Below are positions 1 to 9,130 of a stretch of DNA of 64,000 bases, piece by piece. Both the position numbers and the translations under genes were made by a program. The notes beneath the pieces were generated by a model that worked only from the letters and a program-made list of their open reading frames with translations, was not told the origin of the DNA and made no database searches. Numbering within the stretch: the stretch's first letter is position 1; each line of letters opens with the position of its first letter. The stretch lies in the NCBI GenBank assembly GCA_040791665.1, contig JBFNNX010000026.1:49435-113434 (forward strand), read 5' to 3'. The stretch is from Candidatus Thiodiazotropha sp. (lineage in GTDB: Bacteria > Pseudomonadota > Gammaproteobacteria > Chromatiales > Chromatiaceae).

Positions 1-2
1 CG

Positions 3-248
3 GAACAACTGATGAAATATGCGAAAAAGTTCAAGGCGGGAGATCAGTGGCAGTTCTATACTGGCACGTATAATGACGTCGTGACTGTAGAAAAGGCGTT
101 CGACATTTTTCGTGGCTCAAAGATGAACCATGAACCTATCACTCTTATACGCAAAAAAGACAGACAATCCTGGGTCAGGATAAACGGGCTTGCAAGTGCT
201 GAAGATATCGTAAAGGAGTACCGCAAAGCAATTGCAGAAGGGAAGTGA
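3..248 (+). CDS. SCO1/SenC-family copper chaperone, C-terminal part (5' end lies outside the window)
   Basis: Frame is open from base 3 (EQLMKYAKKF...WQFYTG...KAFDIFRGSKMNHEPITL...WVRINGLASAEDIVKEY). This matches the C-terminal half of SCO proteins, including the conserved His. The CxxxC motif would be upstream. Confidence 0.7.
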   Translation, partial: EQLMKYAKKFKAGDQWQFYTGTYNDVVTVEKAFDIFRGSKMNHEPITLIRKKDRQSWVRINGLASAEDIVKEYRKAIAEGK

Positions 249-1882
249 TGAAAATAAAGTTGAAACGGATTGCTTCCCTTTGTGTCTTTTTAACTGCTTG
301 CCTCTATTCTGCCGTGTCTTTGAATGACGCGGAGATCGACTCTCGTGCCTATATAGTTGGCAAGCAACTCTACACCGAAGGTCTGCTACCCAACGGCGAC
401 TTGGTGAAAGCCACAATCCAGGGTGACATTACGGTTGAAGGCGACCAGTTGATTTGTGAAACCTGTCACAGGAAAAGCGGCATGGGGTCGACTGAAGGTC
501 AACAGGTAGTCCCGGCTGTCGCCGGAAATCTGCTTTTCAAGCCGTTAAAGCTCCCGATCACTAAACCCCCTGAACCTCCAATATACCGTGAAGCTTACAA
601 CAGAGAAACGCTAATGGCGGCAATCAGGGATGGAATAGATGCCAATGGTGAGCCATTGGATCCCTTTATGCCTAGGTATGAGATTAGTGACGAGATGCTG
701 GATGGCTTGATGGTATATCTCGACACACTCTCCAAAACGGTGTCACCGGGTGTGACCGAAGATACAATACACTTCGCCACAATCGTATTATCCTCAAACA
801 GTGACGGGGATAATAAGGCGCTGCTCGATGTTATGGAGCAGTATGTCTTACAAAAGAATATCGAAACAAGATATGAGAGCAAAAGGGCGATGAATGCCCC
901 GTGGCACAAGGAATGGCTGTTCAAGCCATATCGAAAATGGCAAATTCATACTTGGGAGTTAAAGGGCGATAAAGAGAGCTGGCCGGATCAGTTGAGCGAA
1001 TACTATCGAAAACAACCGGTATTCGCCTTGATCAATGGACATGTTCCGCATGGATGGGAGTTTGTCCATGAATTTTGCGAGCGCGAGACTATGCCATGTT
1101 TGTTTCCCACCACTTCTTTGCCGGTAGTCGATGAAACTGATTTCTATACCATCTATCTAACCAAAGGCGCAGTACATGAGGCTGAGGCGGTTGCATCACA
1201 TATAACAAAAAGCCTGTCTGTCAGAAGCGTCACCCAGTTTATCGACAAATCATCTCAATTAAGTAGGGTCAGTGCAGCTTCACTGCGAATGGAACTGAAT
1301 AAGAGCGGTATTGCGATTGACGATGTTATGCTGGAAGAGACGACAGAACCTTCCAAATCACTATCCGAGGTCGATAGCGATTCCGCCATTGTGTTGTGGC
1401 TGGACAGGGAAAAAGCGAACAAGTTGCTGAGTGGAGCAGGCACGCTGAAGACTTCACAGCGAATAATACTGTCGACTTTGCACTACGGAGCGGATAGTAA
1501 CAGCATACCTCCTGAAATTGCCGACACTCTTGTCTTCGTCCACACTTCAGAGATGCCTAAAAGTACGAATAAACTGCTTATGCGCTCCACAGGCTGGTTC
1601 AGGACAAAGAGAATTTACAATCCAGAGAAAAAGGAGATCCAGGCGAACGCCTATTTCGCATTAAAGGTGGTCGGAGATGCCATAAAACACATTCGTGGCT
1701 ATTTTTATCGCGACTATTTTATTGAAAAAATCGAGCACATGATCGATGATCTGCCCTATACATCCATCTATCCAAGGATAAGTATGGCGCCAGATCAGCG
1801 TTTTGTGTCCAGGGGATACTACATCGCAAAAGTTGACGGCAAAGGAGGAATAAGGAATATTACCGAGTGGATAGCGCCGTAA
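248..1882 (+). CDS. Exported c-type cytochrome fused to a periplasmic-binding-protein-like domain
   Basis: Signal peptide, one CxxCH (CETCH) followed by a ...PFMPRY... cytochrome c domain, then a long alpha/beta domain. The ATG overlaps the SCO stop (TGATG); an alternative GTG is at 245. Confidence 0.7.
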   Translation: MKIKLKRIASLCVFLTACLYSAVSLNDAEIDSRAYIVGKQLYTEGLLPNGDLVKATIQGDITVEGDQLICETCHRKSGMGSTEGQQVVPAVAGNLLFKPLKLPITKPPEPPIYREAYNRETLMAAIRDGIDANGEPLDPFMPRYEISDEMLDGLMVYLDTLSKTVSPGVTEDTIHFATIVLSSNSDGDNKALLDVMEQYVLQKNIETRYESKRAMNAPWHKEWLFKPYRKWQIHTWELKGDKESWPDQLSEYYRKQPVFALINGHVPHGWEFVHEFCERETMPCLFPTTSLPVVDETDFYTIYLTKGAVHEAEAVASHITKSLSVRSVTQFIDKSSQLSRVSAASLRMELNKSGIAIDDVMLEETTEPSKSLSEVDSDSAIVLWLDREKANKLLSGAGTLKTSQRIILSTLHYGADSNSIPPEIADTLVFVHTSEMPKSTNKLLMRSTGWFRTKRIYNPEKKEIQANAYFALKVVGDAIKHIRGYFYRDYFIEKIEHMIDDLPYTSIYPRISMAPDQRFVSRGYYIAKVDGKGGIRNITEWIAP

Positions 1883-1918
1883 TGAATGATCAAGGATGAT
1901 ATATAATCTTGGTGGAGA

Positions 1919-3322
1919 ATGATTGTGTCGGTATTAGACAACAATAGTGAAGGAAACACCAATGCCTATAGCCCAGATTTTCAACTGGCAAAACGTTACG
2001 GTATTACGAGTTTTATCGCCATCGTCCTGATAGCTGTCATTATCCTTCTTCTCTTTCGCTACGAAACATCGCGTATCATTCAAGAGTCAGCGAAACAGAG
2101 CAACGAATCGCTGACCATTGCGACTGAGTATGCGCTTAATGATCACTTTGTGATGTATCTGAATCTTATCAAGCTGAATGAAAAGAAACCGGGTGAGATG
2201 CCATTCGACCCATTGCTTGCGCGTGCCATACATAAAATGATAAAGGATACCAATGTCGACAGGATAAAACTGTACGATGTAAAGGGGCAGGTAGCTTACT
2301 CATCCAAGTCTTCAGCCTATACCGAAGAAGATGAGGATAACGATGGTTTTAAAACAGCTATAGCGGGTTATCCGATAACTGTTTTAAACTATCGTGACAG
2401 CTTCACAATCTTCAATACTAATGACAGGGATGTAAACTTGGTGCAGACTTATGTACCAATAAGGGTTGATGACAATTCACCTGTATTGGGTGTTATGGAG
2501 ATTTATTACGACATCAGCGGCTATATCAGTCATGCGATGAGAACAATAATTATCCTGATGCTGACGACGCTGCTGCTAATGCTATTTCTTTATACCTTTT
2601 TGCTGATGCACATCAAGCGGTCCGAGCGCATAATCGAAGACCAAAATCGGATCACAAGAGAGAAGAAGGTCCTGCTTGAATTTCTCACAGCCAAGATGAT
2701 CAATGCCCAGGAAGATGAGAAAAAGCGCATAGCTTTTGATCTTCATGAAGACGTTGTGCAAACCCTGTCCGGCGTCAAGATGCAGCTGGAAAAATATGTC
2801 TTGAGTCTTAACCAGCAGGAAAAGGTGGGAGAGGTTAATCAGCTTTCCAAGGAAATCGTACCAATGCTGCAGAACGCGGCACACAAAATCAGGGCGGTTG
2901 CAATGGATCTTCGCCCGCCGAGTCTCGATGATTTCGGTCTCAAGGCCGCATTGAACTCGGTTGTTTCTGAGTGTCATACTGAGACAACGGGTCTTGAGAT
3001 CGAGATCGAATTTACACTCGAGGAAGATGATATCTCTTCAGAACGCAAGTCGATCCTCTACCGTCTTGTAAAAGATATATTGCATGCCATCTGTTTCGAT
3101 CAAAAACTGACTGCCAAGGTGTATTTCCGATTCGATCGGGTTTTAGGCGGAATTAGTATGGTTGCGGTGCTAACCTGTGAAGAGATTGATAATCTCTATG
3201 GCGAAGAATTACCAGATTATTTTACCCTCATGGAGGAGAGGACGATCCTGTCTGGCGGGGAATTTACAAGAAAACCGAGGGTCGACAATGCAATTGAGGT
3301 AAAGTCTATTTGGGTGTTTTGA
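1919..3322 (+). CDS. Membrane sensor histidine kinase, HisKA_3 (NarX/UhpB-like), with degenerate ATPase domain
   Basis: Two TM segments flank a periplasmic domain. H-box EDEKKRIAFDLHEDVVQTL and LRPPSLDDFGL are present. The N-box and DxGxG/G2 boxes are not recognisable. Confidence 0.75.
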   Translation: MIVSVLDNNSEGNTNAYSPDFQLAKRYGITSFIAIVLIAVIILLLFRYETSRIIQESAKQSNESLTIATEYALNDHFVMYLNLIKLNEKKPGEMPFDPLLARAIHKMIKDTNVDRIKLYDVKGQVAYSSKSSAYTEEDEDNDGFKTAIAGYPITVLNYRDSFTIFNTNDRDVNLVQTYVPIRVDDNSPVLGVMEIYYDISGYISHAMRTIIILMLTTLLLMLFLYTFLLMHIKRSERIIEDQNRITREKKVLLEFLTAKMINAQEDEKKRIAFDLHEDVVQTLSGVKMQLEKYVLSLNQQEKVGEVNQLSKEIVPMLQNAAHKIRAVAMDLRPPSLDDFGLKAALNSVVSECHTETTGLEIEIEFTLEEDDISSERKSILYRLVKDILHAICFDQKLTAKVYFRFDRVLGGISMVAVLTCEEIDNLYGEELPDYFTLMEERTILSGGEFTRKPRVDNAIEVKSIWVF

Positions 3323-3358
3323 TTGCCGGTGAAATAACGACACTGCCTTGAAGAAGAT

Positions 3359-6268
3359 TCATGGCTTTTCCGGGAGAGGAGCTGCGGTTGTTGATTGGGG
3401 TGTGGTTTCGATGTTTGCACCATCTGCTTCCGACATTGCAGGTATTGCTTGTTTTTCCTGTGAATCAGCAGGCGAAGCAGTTTCCGTTTCATCGTTTGTA
3501 CCGCAGGCAGCCGTATCGACAGCGGCAGAAGCGGTGCCACATTCAGATTTCTCGGTGTTTTCCGGATTCTCTCCCTCGATTTCGTCCATTGATTGATTCT
3601 TTGAATCTTCTTTAGGAGCTTGCAGGCCGAGTCTATTCAGCAAAGTGTCGCTGTCATAATTGCGTAGTGTCAAATCGAATATTTTGAGCGATGAGCCGGT
3701 ACCTTGTCCATCATCGGATCGACTATTCTTCGAGTCCCGTTTCAGAGATCCTTGTGTGCCCGATAAACCGGAAGACAGGCCGCTTTCGCCGCTGCTTGGC
3801 GCAGAGTGGATTGAGACGAAGGGCAGGGCGTCATCATCTATTATTCTGACAATGGCAGCAGAAGGAGCTGTAATGGCGGCATTGGCGCTTGCGTCGGAAA
3901 GCAGCAGAGTAAAACTGCTCTCTTCCTCGTACAGACCGTCATTAATGATTTCAATCGATAGCGTTCGACGTGTCACGCCGGCTGAAAAAGTCAGTGAGCC
4001 GCTGGTGTCACGGTAGTCCTCACCCTTTATGGCAGATCCGTCGATCGTTCTGTATTTGACAGATGCGCTAGCCTCGGAATCACCCGATCGAACCACTGTC
4101 AATGAGATTTTATTGACCGATTCATTGACGTCATAGCTGACCGCATCGAGAAAGATCGATACCGTCTCTTTATCCGGGTCATCATCGAGTATGGTGACAG
4201 TGGTGGAAGCAGGTTCTGTTATTGATGCTTCTTCGCTGACGGATGTGAGGAGTATCTGAAATGTCTCGTTGCCTTCATGCAGGTTGTCATCAATCAATTC
4301 TATGTGTATTTCCTTTTGCGTCTCTCCCGTATGGAAGTGAATCGTCTCGGTATCTGCAATATAATCAATATCGGCTTCGGCGCTTTTCGCCAGCAGCTGA
4401 TACTCCACGTCAATACTACCGGTACTCCCTTCCGTGCGTATCACATCGATGATCGCTTGCTGCTTCGATTCGTTGACGGCATAGGCGACGGCACTAAATG
4501 AAATTGCACCAGCGCCGTCATTGTCCAGAATAATGACCTCGGCCTCCGCCTCTTCTCCAAGGGTGGCATTGCCGTCCACGTTTGATAATGCAAGGTAGAA
4601 GGATTCATTCTCTTCATCCAATTCATCGTCATGGATGGATACTTCGAAACTGCGTAGAGTCTCCCCGTCGTTGAATTGCAGCGTACCCTTGCTGATCGAG
4701 TAGTCACGGCCCTGCTTCGCCTCATCTTCAATGGTGGTGTAATCGACGCTGACCACTCCTTTGATCCCGCCCGACCGCCTGACGGTGACTATCAGTTTCT
4801 GCGTATCCTCATCTACGGAATAGAGCGATTCATTGAACTCGATCAGGCTGTTTTCATCGGATGCGAAATTACTCTGAAGGAGCGCATGAGCCGCAGCCAC
4901 GTCCAGCAGGCCATAGCCGAAGTTGTCATCTGTACCTGCCTCGCCCAGATCGACAGCGGAGTCATAGAGTACTGTTTCGATCTGGGAAAGTGTCGCATCG
5001 GGAAAAGCACTTTTAAGCAGTGTCATGGCCCCGGTTACATGGGGTGCGGAGAAAGAGGTACCGGAAACGATGTTATATGCGTTGGGTAGCAGGTCTGTGG
5101 TAAAGATCAGACTGCCGGGCGCCACCAGCTTGGGAAAAACACCGCCGTCGCAGGCCCCTGGTCCGCGGCTGCTGAGCAGTTCTATCTCGTTAATCTGATC
5201 AACCGAACCGACGGAGAGCGCGCCTGGATCGTTGGCGGGACTGATGCTGGACTCAGCGGATGGACCGAAGTTGCCGGCGGAAAATATAACCCCGATACCC
5301 GCCTCCCGCAGGAGCTGGATATCTTCACTGAATTCCTGGAAACACTCATTGATGGTGGTGGAAAAGCCCCATGAGTTATTGACCAGATCGGGTGCGTCAT
5401 CGGTCAATGGGTCACCGTCCGGATCGAGTAACCACTGGAATGACTCGTGGATCGCACTCAGTGTTGATTCATTGGCGTTATCGAAGATCTTTGCCGCAAT
5501 CCACTTCGCCTCAGGGGCCATGCCGATTTGATAACCGCTTTCATCGCCGCCCAGTATGATGCCCAACGCCTGAGTGCCATGGCCCACCACGTCGGTGGGT
5601 AGCTCATTCTGCTGATAGGGATCGAACCAGCTGTTTGTCCCGCCACGCCATTTGTCGATCAGATCCGGGTGGTTGAGCTCGACGCCGGAATCCATGATGG
5701 CGACAGTGACGCCCTCGCCATTGATGCCCTGTTGCCAGAGCTGTTCGGTGTTTATGTTGATGAGATTCCACAGCGGATCTGTGGTCAAGCCATCGATCCT
5801 GTCTTCACTCATGGTCAATTGCATATCGACCGTGATGCGCTCCACCTCGGGCATGGCCGCTATCTCATCCACTAGATCCGCCGGCAGATCGAGAGCGACC
5901 GCGTTGACGGCCCAAAGTGACTTCAGACGTGTTTTCACGCCGTGGTCACGCAAGGTTTTGACAAGCTTTGCCTTAGGTTTGGCAAGTTGCTGTTTGAGAC
6001 CGGTCAACAGCCTTCGGCGAAATTGCTTTTTTTGCCTCGAGTGTGACTTGGACAATACCGGTTCGTATTGATGTTGTTTGCTAATTAAACCGCGAATATC
6101 ATTGATATTAAATTCTTTTTTGAACTTTATAATGATCGGTATTTTTGATGTGTGGTCAACCTGTGCGACCAGTTTATCCACATCAGCGGTTAATCCCGCC
6201 GCACCATTCAGCACGGGCAGATAGAACAGCCCCGCCCAGATTACGGCAGTGATAAATCGCTTTAGCAT
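3359..6268 (-). CDS. Secreted S8 subtilisin-like protease (bacillopeptidase F-like) with three Calx-beta domains and an acidic low-complexity tail
   Basis: Signal peptide and prodomain. Catalytic motifs IMDSG, GHGTQ, NNSWG, SAGN, GTSFSAPH. Three repeats of the type F...Y.V.E...TV.R.G...V.Y.T.DG.A..G.DY. Confidence 0.9.
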   Translation of the reverse strand: MLKRFITAVIWAGLFYLPVLNGAAGLTADVDKLVAQVDHTSKIPIIIKFKKEFNINDIRGLISKQHQYEPVLSKSHSRQKKQFRRRLLTGLKQQLAKPKAKLVKTLRDHGVKTRLKSLWAVNAVALDLPADLVDEIAAMPEVERITVDMQLTMSEDRIDGLTTDPLWNLININTEQLWQQGINGEGVTVAIMDSGVELNHPDLIDKWRGGTNSWFDPYQQNELPTDVVGHGTQALGIILGGDESGYQIGMAPEAKWIAAKIFDNANESTLSAIHESFQWLLDPDGDPLTDDAPDLVNNSWGFSTTINECFQEFSEDIQLLREAGIGVIFSAGNFGPSAESSISPANDPGALSVGSVDQINEIELLSSRGPGACDGGVFPKLVAPGSLIFTTDLLPNAYNIVSGTSFSAPHVTGAMTLLKSAFPDATLSQIETVLYDSAVDLGEAGTDDNFGYGLLDVAAAHALLQSNFASDENSLIEFNESLYSVDEDTQKLIVTVRRSGGIKGVVSVDYTTIEDEAKQGRDYSISKGTLQFNDGETLRSFEVSIHDDELDEENESFYLALSNVDGNATLGEEAEAEVIILDNDGAGAISFSAVAYAVNESKQQAIIDVIRTEGSTGSIDVEYQLLAKSAEADIDYIADTETIHFHTGETQKEIHIELIDDNLHEGNETFQILLTSVSEEASITEPASTTVTILDDDPDKETVSIFLDAVSYDVNESVNKISLTVVRSGDSEASASVKYRTIDGSAIKGEDYRDTSGSLTFSAGVTRRTLSIEIINDGLYEEESSFTLLLSDASANAAITAPSAAIVRIIDDDALPFVSIHSAPSSGESGLSSGLSGTQGSLKRDSKNSRSDDGQGTGSSLKIFDLTLRNYDSDTLLNRLGLQAPKEDSKNQSMDEIEGENPENTEKSECGTASAAVDTAACGTNDETETASPADSQEKQAIPAMSEADGANIETTPQSTTAAPLPEKP

Positions 6269-6775
6269 CGTTGTCTGGCGCCTGATGATGCGTTTAATTC
6301 CCCAGTATGGGAAATGATGGGTAAAAAGTGAATAAAATCATCTGATTATCAACTATATTCTTTAAAACCTCATACTTTAATGCGTGTTACTACTACCTGT
6401 TGATGAGGTATGTTACTACCATGATTGAACGGTTGAGGCAGTTAAGTCCTAATTGGCATTCTTGATAAAAACGAAGATCCGGCGCAATTCAGCATATTGA
6501 AAGAAGTCTGATGTAGCCGCTATAGGATTGATTATCCTATTTATTTATCAGGTAGTTCGCACCATTATGGTGTGATCCCCGGGGATGGTGATAGAGACAG
6601 TAGATCCCATGGTAGGGTTATTGTGCATAAAAGGTATGGAATCACCCCATCGATAAATACATCGTCCCATCAATCTCATTATTCGGGCAAATCTGCTGTG
6701 ATTGTATGAAACCATATTCAGCCTTACGTGCGTCGGATTGGGATATGGAAGTTTTGTGGAATTACTGGAAATCAC

Positions 6776-9004
6776 ATGAGCAAGAGTGAACACAATTTGC
6801 TGATTCGGCTATTGCCAATGGTATTCTCAATACTGTTGGTATCATGCGCACAGCAACCTGAAATCAATCAAACTTCCGATAGTGGCGGTGTCATAGCTCC
6901 CTATCCGCCGGAGAGACCGCCAGTCACTGTTTCTGGGGGTGACGATGAACAGGAGTTGGTGCTCTCACAGCAGACTGTAAAGGAACCCGAATTTTTTGTT
7001 CGCGAGGGAAGCGGCAAGTTCATTAACCCTGGACAGACAGGGAAAAAAACAACCCAACCTGCCCGTGGCGATATTACCCTCAACTTCGAGGGAGTGGATC
7101 TGCGTGAAGTGGTTAAGGTGATTTTCGAGGAGATACTGCGGGAAAACTACCTGATCGATGACAAGGTACAGGGCCAGGTAACCATTCATACGACCTACCC
7201 GGTCAGTACCGATGCGGTATTGCCGATTCTTGAGACCATTCTGCAGATGAACGGTGCCGTGATGGTGCGTAACGGTGCCCTCTATAAGATTCTGCCTGCG
7301 GCTGATCTGAAGAGCATGGCCCTGAAACCCTCGGTTGGTCAGGGTAAGGCGAAGATGAAAGCGGGTCAGGGTGTACAGATCGTACCACTGAGGTACATCA
7401 CAGCCGTTGAAATGAAGAAGGTTTTGGAAAGCTTTGCCTCCCAGGCAGAGCAGATTCGGGTGGACAAAGGCAGGAATCTGTTAATCCTTACGGGCTCCTA
7501 TCAACAGATCAACAATCTGTTGCAGACCATCGAAATGTTTGATGTGGATTGGCTCAGTGGTATGTCATTTGCGCTGATACCGCTGAAGGCCACTGACGCC
7601 AAAACCATTACCGAAGAACTCAAGCATCTGGTTGGGGATGGCGATGGATCGCCATTGGCGGGGATGATCAAGCTGATTCCCATCGATCGCCTGAATGCGG
7701 TCATGGTGATCAGCCAGCAGCCCAGATATATCAAGGATGTGCGCAGGTTGATCAGCCAGTTCGACCAGGGCAGCGATAAATCTCCCGACCGCCGGCTTTA
7801 CGTCTATCACTTGAAAAACGGAAAAGCGGAGAATATCGCCGCTATCCTGCAGAATATATTCGGTAATGAGGTATCTGCACCTTCCACTAGCGGCGGTTTG
7901 AGCAGCAGTGACCCTCTATTGCGCTCAAATGTCCGTTCCCCGACGGCAACCGGGATAGATTTGAAAAACAGCAATGCTGACAGCGAAGCCGTGCTCACCA
8001 AGGATCAGCCTGCAGCAGCCGCGGCAGTGGTCGCGAGCGCCGGTATGCCAAGGCAGGCGCCGGAAGGTCGATCTGATGCCACCGCGACCATCATCGCAGA
8101 TCCTGATAACAATGCCATCCTGGTGATGGCGAGCCCGAAGGATTATCAGAAAATCAAGGCGACTATCAGCCGCTTGGATGTTTCGCCCAAGCAGGTGCTT
8201 ATCGAAGCGACCATCGCCGAGGTGCAGTTGAGCGACAACCTGAGTTATGGCGTGCGTTGGTTCTTTAACGGTTCCACCGGAAGCGGTCGCCCTTATAAGG
8301 GTGCGTTGGGGAATCTTCCCGGGGATGTTTCGGGTGGTGACGGCTTTTCGCTGGGGCTGTTCAACAGCGCCAACGACCTGAAGGTTTTCTTCGATATTCT
8401 GGAAAACGAATCTTCTGTTAAATTTCTTTCCGCACCCCAGATCATGGTTATCGACAATCAGACGGCAAGCTTCCGAGTGGGCGACCAGATACCCATCGTG
8501 ACCCGTTCGTCGCAGAGTACCACCGATCCCGATGCACCGATCGTGTCAGAGGTGCAGTTCCGTGATACGGGTACACTGTTGCAGGTCACGCCACGCATCA
8601 ATGAAGGGGGCATGGTGACCCTGGAGATAAGCCAGGAGGTCAGTACCCCAGGTACCGCCCCGGCTATCGGCGGCGGTGGCAATGTCTCCATTTCACAGCG
8701 CACCATAGAGAGCACCGTCATCGTACACGATGGCCAGACAGTGGTACTGGGCGGTTTGATTCGCGAAAGCAGCTCAGGTGGCAAAACGGGGATACCCGGT
8801 TTGATGCATCTTCCCATCGTCGGCAACCTCTTCGGCAGCACCACCAAGGATGTGAGCCGTACCGAGTTGATCGTGACATTGACGCCAAAGGTGGTACGGA
8901 ACCCGCAAGAGGCCTACGATATATCTCAGGAACTGCGAGAAAAGATACGCGACGCCACACTGTTTCATGATGACTTTCAGCGGCGTCGGGCATCCAGCAA
9001 ATAA
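6776..9004 (+). CDS. gspD: Type II secretion secretin, lipoprotein type
   Basis: LLVSC lipobox after the ATG at 6776, N0 domain ITLNFEGVDLREVV, N domains, secretin domain QVLIEATIAEV ... PIVGNLFGST ... RTELIVTLTPKVV. Confidence 0.93.
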   Translation: MSKSEHNLLIRLLPMVFSILLVSCAQQPEINQTSDSGGVIAPYPPERPPVTVSGGDDEQELVLSQQTVKEPEFFVREGSGKFINPGQTGKKTTQPARGDITLNFEGVDLREVVKVIFEEILRENYLIDDKVQGQVTIHTTYPVSTDAVLPILETILQMNGAVMVRNGALYKILPAADLKSMALKPSVGQGKAKMKAGQGVQIVPLRYITAVEMKKVLESFASQAEQIRVDKGRNLLILTGSYQQINNLLQTIEMFDVDWLSGMSFALIPLKATDAKTITEELKHLVGDGDGSPLAGMIKLIPIDRLNAVMVISQQPRYIKDVRRLISQFDQGSDKSPDRRLYVYHLKNGKAENIAAILQNIFGNEVSAPSTSGGLSSSDPLLRSNVRSPTATGIDLKNSNADSEAVLTKDQPAAAAAVVASAGMPRQAPEGRSDATATIIADPDNNAILVMASPKDYQKIKATISRLDVSPKQVLIEATIAEVQLSDNLSYGVRWFFNGSTGSGRPYKGALGNLPGDVSGGDGFSLGLFNSANDLKVFFDILENESSVKFLSAPQIMVIDNQTASFRVGDQIPIVTRSSQSTTDPDAPIVSEVQFRDTGTLLQVTPRINEGGMVTLEISQEVSTPGTAPAIGGGGNVSISQRTIESTVIVHDGQTVVLGGLIRESSSGGKTGIPGLMHLPIVGNLFGSTTKDVSRTELIVTLTPKVVRNPQEAYDISQELREKIRDATLFHDDFQRRRASSK

Positions 9005-9009
9005 TCGAC

Positions 9010-9044
9010 TTAGGGCCGATTGGATTAGTGTTAACAGGCCCTAG
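9010..9044. repeat. 35-bp dispersed imperfect palindromic element, copy 1
   Basis: TTAGGGCCGATTGGATTAGTGTTAACAGGCCCTAG; 30/35 identical to 39342..39376 by manual alignment. Confidence 0.75.
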
Positions 9045-9130
9045 AACTGGTGACTCGTGCTTTGTCGAGTGATATTGCATTTCGGCATTATCCGTAGGCG
9101 CATAGAGTCCGCCCAGCTACCTGAGAGGTC

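Noticed and set aside
6385-6419. TGTTACTAC direct repeat and TACCT-N7-AGGTA as a NarL-type site
   Set aside because: The spacing does not fit the 7-2-7 arrangement, and such short matches are common in AT-rich intergenic DNA.
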